From NCBI RefSeq assembly GCF_016432865.1, contig NC_067400.1:54374001-54438000 (forward strand): a stretch of DNA of 64,000 nucleotides, written 5' to 3'. Position numbers and translations under genes: made by a program. This stretch comes from Antechinus flavipes (taxonomy: Eukaryota). The first letter of the stretch is position 1. Each line of letters starts with the position of its first letter. Below the pieces are notes generated by a model. It made no database searches. It was not told the origin of the DNA and saw only the letters and a list, made by a program, of their open reading frames with translations. Positions 49,517 through 61,522 of this stretch are shown here, piece by piece.

Positions 49517-51424
49517 GTGGGAAAACTCTCCACCAATCGGTAAGATTTCACAGGGGTGTAGGAATAAAAGCATTGGCCTGAGACTCAAGGAGATGAAGTC
49601 CTAAATCTCACTCTGCCAATGACTTAACATAAGACCTCATGCATGTCACTTGCACAAACTCAGAGAAAAATCAATCCTCAGAGGGAAAAGGGACATGAGA
49701 GGTCAGTATGATTTAATTTACTTCATTTCCTTCATTTCACAAAATAAGATAGACCCTGAGATTATTGCCAGCTCCGCTATTATTCACTCCTGCTCTTTTC
49801 TGGCCCAAATGTAATTGATGCATCTATGAACATATATGATCCTTTGGGTTATTTGCACTTAATGCCCCTTCTCAAAGGCACTGTTGCAACTGAGATCTGC
49901 CTCCCTAAGAGGTTGTTTCTCAATACAATTGGTCTCAGACAATGAGAAAAGGACACAGCCCAGCTACTGGAGAATAGTCAAGCCTATGAGTCAAGCAAAG
50001 TGGAATCATGATTTTTTAAATATTTTCTTTCTTAGTGATTTCCATCCTCTTCTGTCTTTTCTACCTTTAATCTTATTCTTTCTATTTGTACTTTGATATA
50101 TTATTTGTATTTGATATTTTATTTTACTACTCTGCTCCTCTGGAGTCTTTCTAAATTTTTACTAATTTTTCTCAATAAAATCCAAAAAATGACCATAAAA
50201 TCGCTCATGATCCTTTTTTGTTTGAATGTATGGAAAACTCTAGCCCAAGAAAAGCACAATCATATCCTTTTGAGGACTAGATTTTTCCACAAAAGTGGGG
50301 CTCTTATCATGTTGCTAGAAGGGGTTAAGGGTTCGATAGATGAGAAGAACTCAGTTCAGAGACAACGCAAATTCTCATGCCACTGCTATGTATCTTACTT
50401 TGGGAATCCTCAAGGAAATGATCCCTGCTCACAAACCAATGTTGAGAAATGTTTTCCCTCCATCCCATGTTTATTGAACATTTCTGATGAATTAAGACAA
50501 CATAGCCTTTTCCCTGGGAATGGGGATGCCCTTAAAGGATGATCTTTGAATCAAGACTGTCTCTACATCTGTGCAACCCCAAATGTAATGTACTCTCTGT
50601 GCCCAGTCTGACATGCTTCCATAACAGGAATAATTACGGGGCACTATAAGGATAACTAACACCCAGGTTTCTTCCTTCCAGTCATAGCTCTCCTTGAAGT
50701 GGAGCATCCTAAAATATCTGGAGCCCTCTAATTAATCTGAAAAGAAGCATACCTTAAGTAGGAGCCATTACCACATTGTTCTTTTGCTCTTTTGTTCCTC
50801 TTGCTCCATCACCATCATGGGGATATTGCTACTGGTGGTACCAAAAGAAACCTTCTAGGCAAGGTCAGCATGTGAGCACTGGAAATGTTGCCAGTCTAGA
50901 GCTTCTGAAAGGAAAAGTCCTCCCTGATGTGGCTGCCCTGAGCAATATCTAATGGAAGGAGTTTTCTTGTCCATTGGTTCAAGTCCTTAAGATGGCCTTC
51001 CTTATTTTGTATTCCTTAGTGTACCTGAATACATTGTTGTGATTTGTAGCATGTGTGTATATGTGTATGTGCATTTTGCCTTAAGAAACAAAGTTGACAA
51101 TCCAGAAAAAGCTATTGACTATAGTCTATTATTCTTTTAACTTCAACATTGTTAGTGTATTAGTAACTCTTTTATGTCACTACAGTGGGAAAACAAGATA
51201 TAATCCTGGTGGGGCTTTTTTCCCCCACTGTTGTGGGGAAAAAGTTACATGCATTTTAAAATGTTAAAAGAGTTGGTATCCAATTTTCTTTGTCTTTTGA
51301 ATTCTACATTCTAGCTTTGTTAGGATTCAAGCAGCTATTTTTATTACTACCTACAGTGTAGAAACAAGATAATTGCTCTTTCAGAAGGGAAGATTAATAA
51401 TGTTCTATTAAGTAAATACTCATG

Positions 51425-51700
51425 TGAGAGATAAAGAGAGAGAGAAGAGGGAGGATGAGAAAAATATAAGGGGAAGGCAGGAGCAATAGAGAAATATAAG
51501 GAGAGGAGAAGAATAGGGGGAAAAGCTAGAAGGAGCAAGGGAGAGGAGAAGGAGAGAGGAAGAGGAAGAGAGAGGAGGAAAAAGAGACAGAAAAGAAGAA
51601 AGAGGACAGGAAGTAGAAAAAGAAGAAGAACAAGGAGAAGTAGAAGGAGAAGAAGAAGGAGAAGAAGGAGAAGGAGGAGGAGGAGGAAGAGGAGGAGGAA
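51425..51700. repeat. Polypurine tract
   Basis: Near-pure A/G on the plus strand. Confidence 0.95.
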
Positions 51701-54700
51701 CATAAAAGCTTCAAACTATAGATCAGTGAATTTGGCATGGTAATGTAGAAACGACAGAAGTATCTACCACTAACAATAGGACAATTGGGTAGATTAAAAA
51801 CTGAGCAGTTTCAAAGAGTAATTTAAACTTTCAAGAAGGTCTCCAGGGGAGTGCTCTGGGCTTTGCTGTTTAACATTTTCAATAATGACCTAGAAAAGAG
51901 TGTGGATGACATCCCTAGAAAATCCACAGGGGACAAAAGAGTGGGCGTGATGATTAATTCCATCAAATGATGTCAGGTTTCAAAAATATTTTGAGAGACT
52001 AAAACTATGGGCTGACTCTAACAAAATGAAATTTGATAAGGAGAAATGTATATGTGCACATTTAGATTCAAAAATTCAATTGCACACATTCAAGATGAGG
52101 GAGGAACAGTACAAACGTAGTTTGCATGAAAAAGATCTATGGATTTTGCTGGACTCCAAGCTCAGTACCAATCAACATGTACCATGTTGTACCATGACAG
52201 TCAAAAGAATGAGGTAGTGAGACCTGAAGCTTCATGGAGAAATGTGACTTTCAGGAATCAGGAAGTCATTGTTTCTACCTGAGCTTCCTCTACTCATACT
52301 TGGAACTCTATGGTCAGTTTTTTCTTCACCTTGTAGGAAGAATATTTATACTGTGCATACTATCTAAGCCAAAAATAGCACTAAAGGGTCTAAATACCAA
52401 AAAGTTTTTTTTTTTTAACATAGAAGAGAAAATCCATATGTCAAAAATATTTAAGACATCTCTTTTTGGAATGGCAAAAAATTGGAAATTAAGGGGATGG
52501 CCATCAATTGGGCAATGGCTGAACAAGCTGTAATATATGATTATGTTGGACTACTATTACACTCTAAGAAATGACAAGCAGGATCCTTTCAGAAGAACCA
52601 GGAAAGAGTTAGGTGGGTTGATGTATAATGGAGTAAGCAGCAGAACCAGAAGATTGTACAAAGTAACAGCAATATTGCCTGATGATCATTTCATCATCAA
52701 CTTTGAGTGACTTGGCTATAGTCAACAATAAAACAATATAAGATCATTTCAAATGATTTATGATTGAGAGAAATGATTATTTCTCTCATTTATTATTTAT
52801 CCATTTATTATTGGAGAAATTCAGCATTTTCCCTTCCTATTTTCTCCTTCTTTAACATTCTCTTCAATCTTAGACCCCACTCAGCTGGGAAAATTAGCTT
52901 GGATCTTAGGGTTTCTTAAAGCTTTTTCTGCTTTCTACCCCTTCTCACCTGAGAAATTTTTGTGTTCCTCCATGTATATTGGTATATAAAACAGGCATAG
53001 AAATCAAACATTTCCCAAAAATAAGTCATAATTCAGGCCAATTGTGTTTTAGTCAGACATGTATGAATGGATTTCCCCCCCCCACCTTTTTAAGATTACT
53101 TTACCTTATGGTGGTCAGGAAAGAGGGTAAATTCCTTCATCCAAGAATAAATGATCAATCATTTGCACAGACCCTCCTTAGAATAATCCCACTTCTTATT
53201 AGAATATGTATTCTTTCATTACTTGTTAATCAATCAGAGTTGATTTCTACCCTCAAAAACACTCACTCTTTGTTTCATCAGGATTTTTTGACATTCCAGA
53301 ATGCCACTGACCAGTTTTATTAATTATCCTCTGGTAATAATTAATGAAGAAATTAATAACCCAAAAACTATGTCTCTCAAATTTCTTGTATGTCACATGA
53401 TGAATAATTCTATCCACTTCCAGAGAAAGAAGTGATGCAATCTGAATGCAGATTAAAACATTCTATTTTCAACTATTTTTATTTGAGGTGGGGTATGGGG
53501 ATTCTTTCACCAAGCTAACATATAAATTTAAAATTTTAAGATTGTATTTTTAAGGTTATATGTTTATAATCTAAAAAGTATAAACTTTTATAAAAAAGGA
53601 GATAATCAGAAGAGAGAAGAGCCTTTAATTCATATCAAATGAAGGTCATTTGAAGGAATTATATGATGCTCAACCTCAAGAAAAGAAATTCAAGGAAGTT
53701 AAGGTCAATGTCATGTGAAATAGGGAATGGACTTTTACTGCTCAGACCAAAGGGCTTAACTGGAAATGATGGATGAAAGTTTCAAAGAAGCCAATCAGAT
53801 TTTATATAACAGAAAATGTCCCAGTAATTATAACTATGCCTAATAGAATGGATAGTGAGTTCCCTCTTATTGGAGATCTTCAAGCAAGCCCTGGATGGTC
53901 ATTTCTCAAGTGCCCATAGTGAGGATGCTTTTTCTGGTATGATTGGTGGAGCTGGATGCCAAGATCACTTCTGATCTCTCAAATTCTGGGATTCTGTGAT
54001 CTCTCTAAAAACAGTTCCTCTCTCTAAAAACAGTTCAAATCTTCCATATCCTAAACAATAACCATAATACTATTTCTTTTCTCTGCTACCTACTCCCCAG
54101 TATGTTACCCATCTTTGTCTTTTCATTACAAAGCTTCACTAAAAAAGTGGTCTCATTCCTTAGGCCCCTAAGATCTGACTTCCATTCCTACAAGTCATCT
54201 GAAACACCTATCTCTAGGGGCATCAGGCTCTAAAAGTCAACTCCATTAACTCATTCTCAGTCCTCACTAAAGACCTTCCTGCAATCTCTGAAACTCTTGC
54301 TCATTCCCTCTTCTTGATGCTCATCATCCCTTTCCCTCTCCCCACAATCCTTACTCTTATAGCTCAAGCTTTCATCACCTCATGCCTGGATTATTGCAAT
54401 AGCCTTTTATTTGGCCTTCCTGCTTCAAGCCTCTTTCTATATCAATCCAGCTTCCCAACAGCCACCAAATTCAAGTCTGACCTTATCATCCCAACTCAGT
54501 GTCATCTACAGTCTCCCTATTCCCCTTAGTATTTTTGATAGTCTAGTGCACAGATTTGACCCAAATATTTAGAATCCAATATAAACTCCTATGCTTGATA
54601 TATAAACGCTGTACAAACTGACCCTCATTTGCATTTTTAGTCTAACAAATGTCTCTCTTCCTCACACTTTGCAATCCTTTCTCTATGAGATAAGTAGGAT

Positions 54701-55339
54701 AGATGGAATTTCTGCCCTCTGCCCCCAGTTTTATAAGTAAAGACTGAGAAGGTAAGTTTCTGGCCTAAAGAATGGGAAAGTAAAAGAAATTAAGTTTCTG
54801 GCCCATAGTAGTGTAGCTAGTAAAAGGGGTAGGGCTAAGATAGAATCATGGGTTCTTATGAATGTAGATATGGAGTCGGAAGGAATCTCCAAAAACATCT
54901 CACAAACTCTTATTTTACAGATAAGGAAACTGAGTCCTAGGGAGGTTGTGATTTGCCTAAGATTATAAAGGCAATGAGAATCAGAGGCAGGATGTTATAA
55001 AGACAATATATGGACTCAACTTTCTTGATACCATATGCAACATTCTTCCCAGCATGTCAAATGGTGAAAGTAATGATCTTCAAATTAGTATCCCCTCTCA
55101 TGAGTATTATCCAATGTTTAGGTTCCCTGCCTAGGACTAAGTATTTCAACTTTGTAAACTTCCTATTTGAATATGGCTTTGAAATAGAGTGAAATTCAGG
55201 AAATCCTAAAACAAATAATTTAAGGAGGCAGAGGAGGCTCAAAGAGGAAGTAAACAAGAAAGTAGAGCTCATGTGATTATCTGAACTGGGATAAACAAAC
55301 TAAAAACATTATGGGTCCTGCACCAGCTCTTAAGGAGTG

Positions 55340-55347
55340 TATATAAA
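55340..55347 (+). promoter_or_regulatory. TATA box of copy 7
   Basis: TATATAAA 99 bp before the ATG. Confidence 0.85.
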
Positions 55348-55438
55348 GGATGTCCTGTAGAAGGAGAGCATCAAACTTCACTCACCTCTCCTGAGTCCTT
55401 TCTCTCCTCACATCATTTGAACTCTCTGTTCTGACATT

Positions 55439-55834
55439 ATGGGTTGTTGTGGCTGTAGAGGAAGCTGTACCACCTGCAACAGCTGTGGTGGCTGCGGCTG
55501 TGGTGGCTGTGGTGGCTGTGGTGGCTGCGGTGGCTGCGGCTGTGGAGGCTGTGGCGGCTGTGGCAACTGTTGCTGTACCACCTGTACCTGCCGCCGTGTA
55601 GGCTGCTGCTCTGGCTGCTGCCCCTGCTGCTGTGGCTGCTGTGGGGGCTGCTGCAGCCCTACAGTGGTCTGCTGCCGCCGCACCTGCTGCTGTGGTGGTT
55701 GTGGCTGTGGCTGTGGTGGCTGTGGCTGTGGCTGTGGCTGTGGCTGTGGCAAGGGCTGTGGCTGTGGCAAGGGCTGCTGCCAACAGAAATGCTGCTGCCA
55801 GCAGTGCTGCTGTAAGAAGCAATGCTGCTGCTAG
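55439..55834 (+). CDS. SCYGR: SCYGR/KRTAP28-like protein, copy 7 (131 aa)
   Basis: Intact ORF; TATATAAA at 55340; AATAAA at 56493. Confidence 0.92.
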   Translation: MGCCGCRGSCTTCNSCGGCGCGGCGGCGGCGGCGCGGCGGCGNCCCTTCTCRRVGCCSGCCPCCCGCCGGCCSPTVVCCRRTCCCGGCGCGCGGCGCGCGCGCGKGCGCGKGCCQQKCCCQQCCCKKQCCC

Positions 55835-57499
55835 GTGGGAAAACTCTCCACCAATCGGTAAGATTTCACAGGGGTTTAGCAATAGAGCATTGGCCTGAGA
55901 CTCAAAGAGATGAGGTCCTAAACCTCACTCTGCCAGTGACTTAACATAAGACCTCATGCATGTCACTTGCACAGACTCAGAGAAAAATCAGTTATCAGAT
56001 GAAAAAGGGACGTGAGAAGAAAATGTGATTGTAATTTATCTCATTTCCCTCATTTCACAAAATAAGAGGCTTAATAAGATGGATTCTGAGATTATTGTTA
56101 GCTCTGAGGTCTGACTGCTATTATTCACCCCTGCTCTTTTCTGGCCTGAATAGAATTGAGGCATCCATGAACATATATGATCCTTTGAGTTATTTGCACT
56201 TAATGCCCCTTCTCAAAGGCACTGTTGCAACTGAGATCTGTCTCCGTAAGAGGCTTGTCTCTCAATACAATTGGTCTCGGACAGTGAGAAAAGGACACAG
56301 CCCAGCTACTGGAGAATAGTCAAGCCTATGAGCCAAGCAAAGTGGAATCATGATTTTAAAAATATTTTCTTTCTCAGCAAGTTTCAACCTTTTCTGTCTT
56401 TTCTACCTTTAGTCTTGTTCTTTCTATATGTAGTACATATTATTTTACTACAATGATGCTCTGGAGTCTCTAAATCTTTACTAATTTTTCTCAATAAAAT
56501 CCAAAATATGACCATAAAATCGCTCATGTTCTTCTTTGTTTGAATGTATGAAAAACCCTAGCCCAAGAGAAATACAATCATATCCTCTTGAGGACTGGAT
56601 TTTCTCACAAAAGTGGGGCTCTTACCATGTTGCTACTAAGGGTTAAGGGTTCAATAGATGAGAATAATTAATTTGAGAGATAACACAAATTTCCATGCCA
56701 CTGGTATGCATCTTACCTTGGGAATCCTTAAGGAAATGATTCCTGATCACAAACCAATGCTGAAAAATGGTTTTCACCCATTACAAATTTATTGAACATT
56801 TCTGATAAATTGAGACAATGTATCCTTATCGCTGGATAAGAGGATGTCCTTAATGCATGATCTTTGTATCAAGACCATCTCGATACCTCAGCAACTCAAA
56901 TGTGGTATCCTCCCTGTGCCCAGTCTGGCACACTTCAATGATAGGAATAATTACTCTGAAGACCAATGATAGCTTATATTATCTCTGGCTGCCCCCAGTG
57001 GTAAGATCTGGACAAGTATTCAAAAGTATTTTGGCAGGCCCAAACTATGGACTTACTCCAACAAAATGAAATTTGATAAGGAGAAATGCATGTGTGCACA
57101 TTTATCAAAAATTCAATTGTACACATTCAAGATGAGAGAGGAACAGTACAAATGTAGTTTGCATGAAAAAGATCTGTAGATTTTGCTGGACCACAAGTCC
57201 AATATGAAACAACAGTGTACCATGACAGCCAAAAGAATGAGCTAGTGTGACATGAAGCTTTATGGAGAGACATGAGAAATCATTTTCAGGAATCAAAAAG
57301 TAATTGTTTCCACCTTAGCTTCTTCTGCTCACCCTTGGAACACTGTGGTCAGTTCTTTCTTCACCATGTAGGAAGATTATTTATACTGTGCATAGTATCT
57401 AAGCCAACAATAGCATTACAGGAGCTAAGTCCCCCTCAAAAAAGTTTTAAATAGAAGAAAAGAATCCATCTATACAAAAATATTTATGACATATTTTTT

Positions 57500-57914
57500 G
57501 TTGTTGGTTTTTTTTTTATTAAAGCTTTTTCTTTTTCAAAACATATGCATGGATAATTCTTTAATATTAGCCCTTGCAAAACCTTGTCTTCCAATTTTTC
57601 CTCCCTTCCCCCAGACCCTCTCCTAGATGGCAAATAGTCTAAAATATGATAAATATGGTAGAAATATAGGTTAAATCTAATATACGTATACATATTTATA
57701 CGATTATTATGCTGCACAAGAAAAATCAAATAAAACCAGTTTATAAAAAAAAGAAGAGAAGAAAATGCAAGCAAGCAACAATGAAAAGAGTGAAAATGCT
57801 ACACCGTAAACCATACTCAGTTCCCACAGTCCTCTCTCTGGGTGCAGATGGCTCTCTTCATCACTGAACAATTGAAACTGATTTGAATCTTCTTATTGTT
57901 GAAGAGAGCCACAT
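57500..57914 (-). mobile_element. Same L1 insertion, spacer 7-8 (gap-free, 415 bp)
   Basis: TSD copies at 57486-57499 and 57915-57929. Confidence 0.85.
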
Positions 57915-60348
57915 ATGTCATCTCTTTTTGGAATGGCAAAGAACTGGAAATTAAGGAGATGTTCATCAACTGGGGAATGGCTGAACAAGTTGTAATCTAT
58001 GATTATATTGGAATACTATTGCACTCTAAGAAATGACAAGAAGGATGCTTTCAGAAGAACCAGGAAAGAGTTGGTGAAATGATGAATAGTGGAATAAACA
58101 GAACCAGGAGAACATTGTACATAGTAACAGCAATATTGTGTGATCAACTGTGAATGATTTAGCTATTGCCAACTATAAAATTATCTAAAATAATTTAAAA
58201 GGATTTTTGATTAAGAGAAATGATTGCTTCTCCCATTTATTATTTATCCATTTATTATTGGAGAGATTCAAGATTTTTTTCCTTCCTATTTCCTCCTTCT
58301 CTAACATTCTCTTCAATCTTAGGTCCCACTCAACTGGGAAAACTACTTTAGATCCTAGAGCATCTTAAAGTTTTTTCTACTTGTGACTCCTTTTCTCCTG
58401 AGAAATTTTTGTGTGACCCCATATATACTGGTATAGAAAAGAGGTCTAAAATAAAACATTTCCTGATAATAAATCAAAATTTTATGATACCCTATTCAGT
58501 TACACAACTTCATAGAAGTTTAGGAAGCTTTGCTTTAGATGAATAATCAGATTCAGGCCAATTGTGTTTCAGTCAGACATTTATAAATGGATTACTTTTA
58601 TTTTTTAAGATTACCTTACATTAGGGTGGTCAGGAAAGAGATAAGTTACTTTGTCCAAGATTGAATGATCAATCATTTCCCTGGACTCTCATTAGAATAA
58701 GCCCACTTCTTATTGGAATATTTATTGTTTCATGACTTATTAACCAATCAGAGTTGATTTCTACCCTCAGGAACATTCTCTCTCCCAAGAACATTTAAGC
58801 ACTGAGTGGGTTCCATGAGGATTTTTTGGCATTCCAGAGTGCCACTGACCCTTTTTTAAAAATTATCCTCTGGCAATAATTAATGAATAAATTAATTACC
58901 CTAAAACTAAATCTCTCAAACTTCTTATATATCACATGCTGAATAATTCTATCCACTTCCAGAGAAAGAAGTGATGGAATCTGAATGCAGATTAAAGCAT
59001 ACTATTCTTTACTCTTTTTACTGGGGGAGGATAGTTAGAGTTGTTTCCCAGCCTAACATGTAAATTTAAAATTTTAAGGGTTTTTTTTTTTTAAGGATGT
59101 AGGTTTATAAGCTGAAAAGTTGATAGAAGGAGATAACTAGAACAGAAAAGAGCCTTTAATACATATCAAATGAAGGTCATTTGAAGGAATTATATGATGT
59201 TCAACTTCAAGAAAAGAAATTCAAAGTAGTTAAGGTCAATGTCATGTGAAATACGGAATGGACTTTTACTGCTCAGCCCAAAGGGCTTAACTGGAAATGA
59301 TAGATGAAAGTTTCAAAGAAGCCAAACAGATTTCATATAACAGAAAATGTCCCGGTAATTATAACTATGCCTAATAGAATGGATAGTGAGTTCCCTCTTA
59401 TTGGAGATCTTCAAGCAAGCCCTGGATGGTCATTTCTCAAGTGCCCATAGTGAGGATGCTTTTTCTGGTATGATTGGTGGAGCTGGATGCCAAGATCACT
59501 TTTGATCTCTCAAATTCTGGGATTCTGTGATCTCTCTAAAAACAGTTCCTCTCTCTAAAAACAGTTCAAATCTTCCATATCCTAAACAATAACCATAATA
59601 CTATTTCTTTTCTCTGGTACCTACTCCCCAATATGTTACCCATCTTCGTCTTTTCATTACAAAGCTTCACCAAAGAAGTGGTCTCATTCTTTAGTCCACT
59701 AAGATCTGACTTCCATTCCTACAACTCATCTGAAACACCTGTCTCTAGGGGCACCAGGACTCTAAAAAGTCAATGGAGTTGACTCATTCTCAGTCCTCAC
59801 TAAAGACCTTCCTGCAATCTCTGAAACTCTTGCTCACCCTCCTGTTCTTGATGCCCATTTCTCTTCTGGTTTTCATTTCTCCCCCACATGCCCTTCCTTC
59901 CCCCCCCCCGCCCCGCAATCCTCACTGTCAAAATTCAAGCTATCATCACATCATATCTGGATTATTGCAATAGCCTTCTATTTGGCCTTCCTGCTTCAAG
60001 CCTCTTTCTACTCCAATCCAGCTTCTCAACAGCCACCAAGTTCAAGTCTGATCTTATCATCCCAACTCAATGTTATCCACTGTCTCCCTATTCCCCTTGG
60101 TATTTTGGATAGGCTGGTGCACAGAGTTGACCCAAATATTTTGACTCCAATATAATCTCCAATGCTTGATATATACATTCTGTACAAACTGACCCTCACT
60201 TACATTTTTAATCTAACAAATATCTCTCTTCCTCATACTCTGCAATCCTTTATGAGATAAGTAGGATAGATGGAATTTCCCCACTAGCCCTCAATTTTAT
60301 AAGTCAAGACTGGGAAGGTGAGTTTTTGGCCTAAAGAATGGGAAGGTA

Positions 60349-60494
60349 GGGCAGCTAGGTGGCACAGTGGATGGAGCACCAGCTCTGAAGTCAGAAGGAT
60401 CTGAGTTCAAATTTGACCTAAGACACTTATCATTTCCTAGCTGTGCGACACCAGGCAAATCACTTAACCCCAATTGTGTCAGAAAAAAAAAGAA
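60349..60494 (+). mobile_element. WSINE1-like SINE, spacer 7-8
   Basis: 16 bp TSD AAAGAATGGGAAG(G/A)TA at 60333-60348 and 60495-60510. Confidence 0.9.
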
Positions 60495-61063
60495 AAAGAA
60501 TGGGAAGATAAAAGAAATTAAGTATCTGTCCTGTGGTACTATAGCCAGTAAAAGGGTCAGGACTAGGATAGAAACATGGACTTTTAGTGATGTAGACATG
60601 GAGTTGGAGGGAACTTTGAAACATTCATCCAATTCTTTTTTTACAGATAAGAAAATTGAGTCCTGGGGAGGTTGTGATTTGTCTAAGGTTATAAAGGCAA
60701 TGAGAATCAGAGGCAGAATATTAAAAAGACAATATATGGACTCAAGTTTCTTGACACCTTATGCAACATTCTTCCCAGTATACCAAATGGTGAAAGTAAT
60801 GATCCTCACAATAGTATCCCCTCTCATGAAATGACCCAGTGTTCAACTTCCCTGTCTAGGACTAAGTATTTCAGCTTTTTAAACTTACCATTAGAATATG
60901 GCTTTGAAACAGAGTGAAATTCAGGAAATCCTGAACCAAATAATTTCATGAGGCAGAGGAGACTCAAAGAGGAAGTAAACAAGAAAGAAGAGCTCATGTG
61001 ATTATCAGAACTGGGATAAACAATAAAAAACATCATGGGTCCTGGACCAGCTCTTGAGCAGTG

Positions 61064-61071
61064 TATATAAG
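61064..61071 (+). promoter_or_regulatory. TATA box of copy 8
   Basis: TATATAAG 99 bp before the ATG. Confidence 0.85.
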
Positions 61072-61162
61072 GACTGTCCTGTGGAAGGAGAGCATCAAAC
61101 TTCACTCACCTCTCCTGAGTTCTTTCTCTCCTCACCTCATTTGAATCCTCTGTTCTGACACT

Positions 61163-61522
61163 ATGGGTTGTTGTGGCTGTAGAGGAAGCTGTACCACCTG
61201 CAACAGCTGTGGTGGCTGTGGCTGTGGTGGCTGTGGCGGTTGTGGTGGCTGCGGTGGCTGCGGCGGCTGTGGCAATTGCTGTACCACCTGTACCTGCCGC
61301 CGTGTAGGCTGCTGCTCTGGCTGCTGCCCCTGCTGCTGTGGCTGCTGTGGGGGCTGCTGCAGCCCTACAGTGGTCTGCTGCCGCCGCACCTGCTGCTGTG
61401 GTGGCTGTGGTGGCTGTGGCTGTGGCTGTGGCTGTGGCAAGGGCTGTGGCTGTTGCAAGGGCTGCTGCCAACAGAAATGCTGCTGCCAGCAGTGCTGCTG
61501 TAAGAAGCAATGCTGCTGCTAG
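61163..61522 (+). CDS. SCYGR: SCYGR/KRTAP28-like protein, copy 8 (119 aa)
   Basis: Intact ORF with 52 Cys and 33 Gly of 119 residues by manual count; TATATAAG at 61064; AATAAA at 62168. Confidence 0.92.
   Translation: MGCCGCRGSCTTCNSCGGCGCGGCGGCGGCGGCGGCGNCCTTCTCRRVGCCSGCCPCCCGCCGGCCSPTVVCCRRTCCCGGCGGCGCGCGCGKGCGCCKGCCQQKCCCQQCCCKKQCCC

Noticed and set aside
61505-61522. C-terminal KKQCCC as a prenylation signal
   Set aside because: It is not a CaaX box (Gln at -4), and Rab-type CC prenylation needs a Rab fold for REP recognition.
19845-61522. Assignment to KRTAP5, or to specific numbered SCYGR orthologues
   Set aside because: The MGCC start is shared with KRTAP5, but the central RRVGCC..CCRRTC and terminal QQKCCC..KQCCC blocks fit SCYGR. 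Homogenisation makes one-to-one orthology unsupportable.
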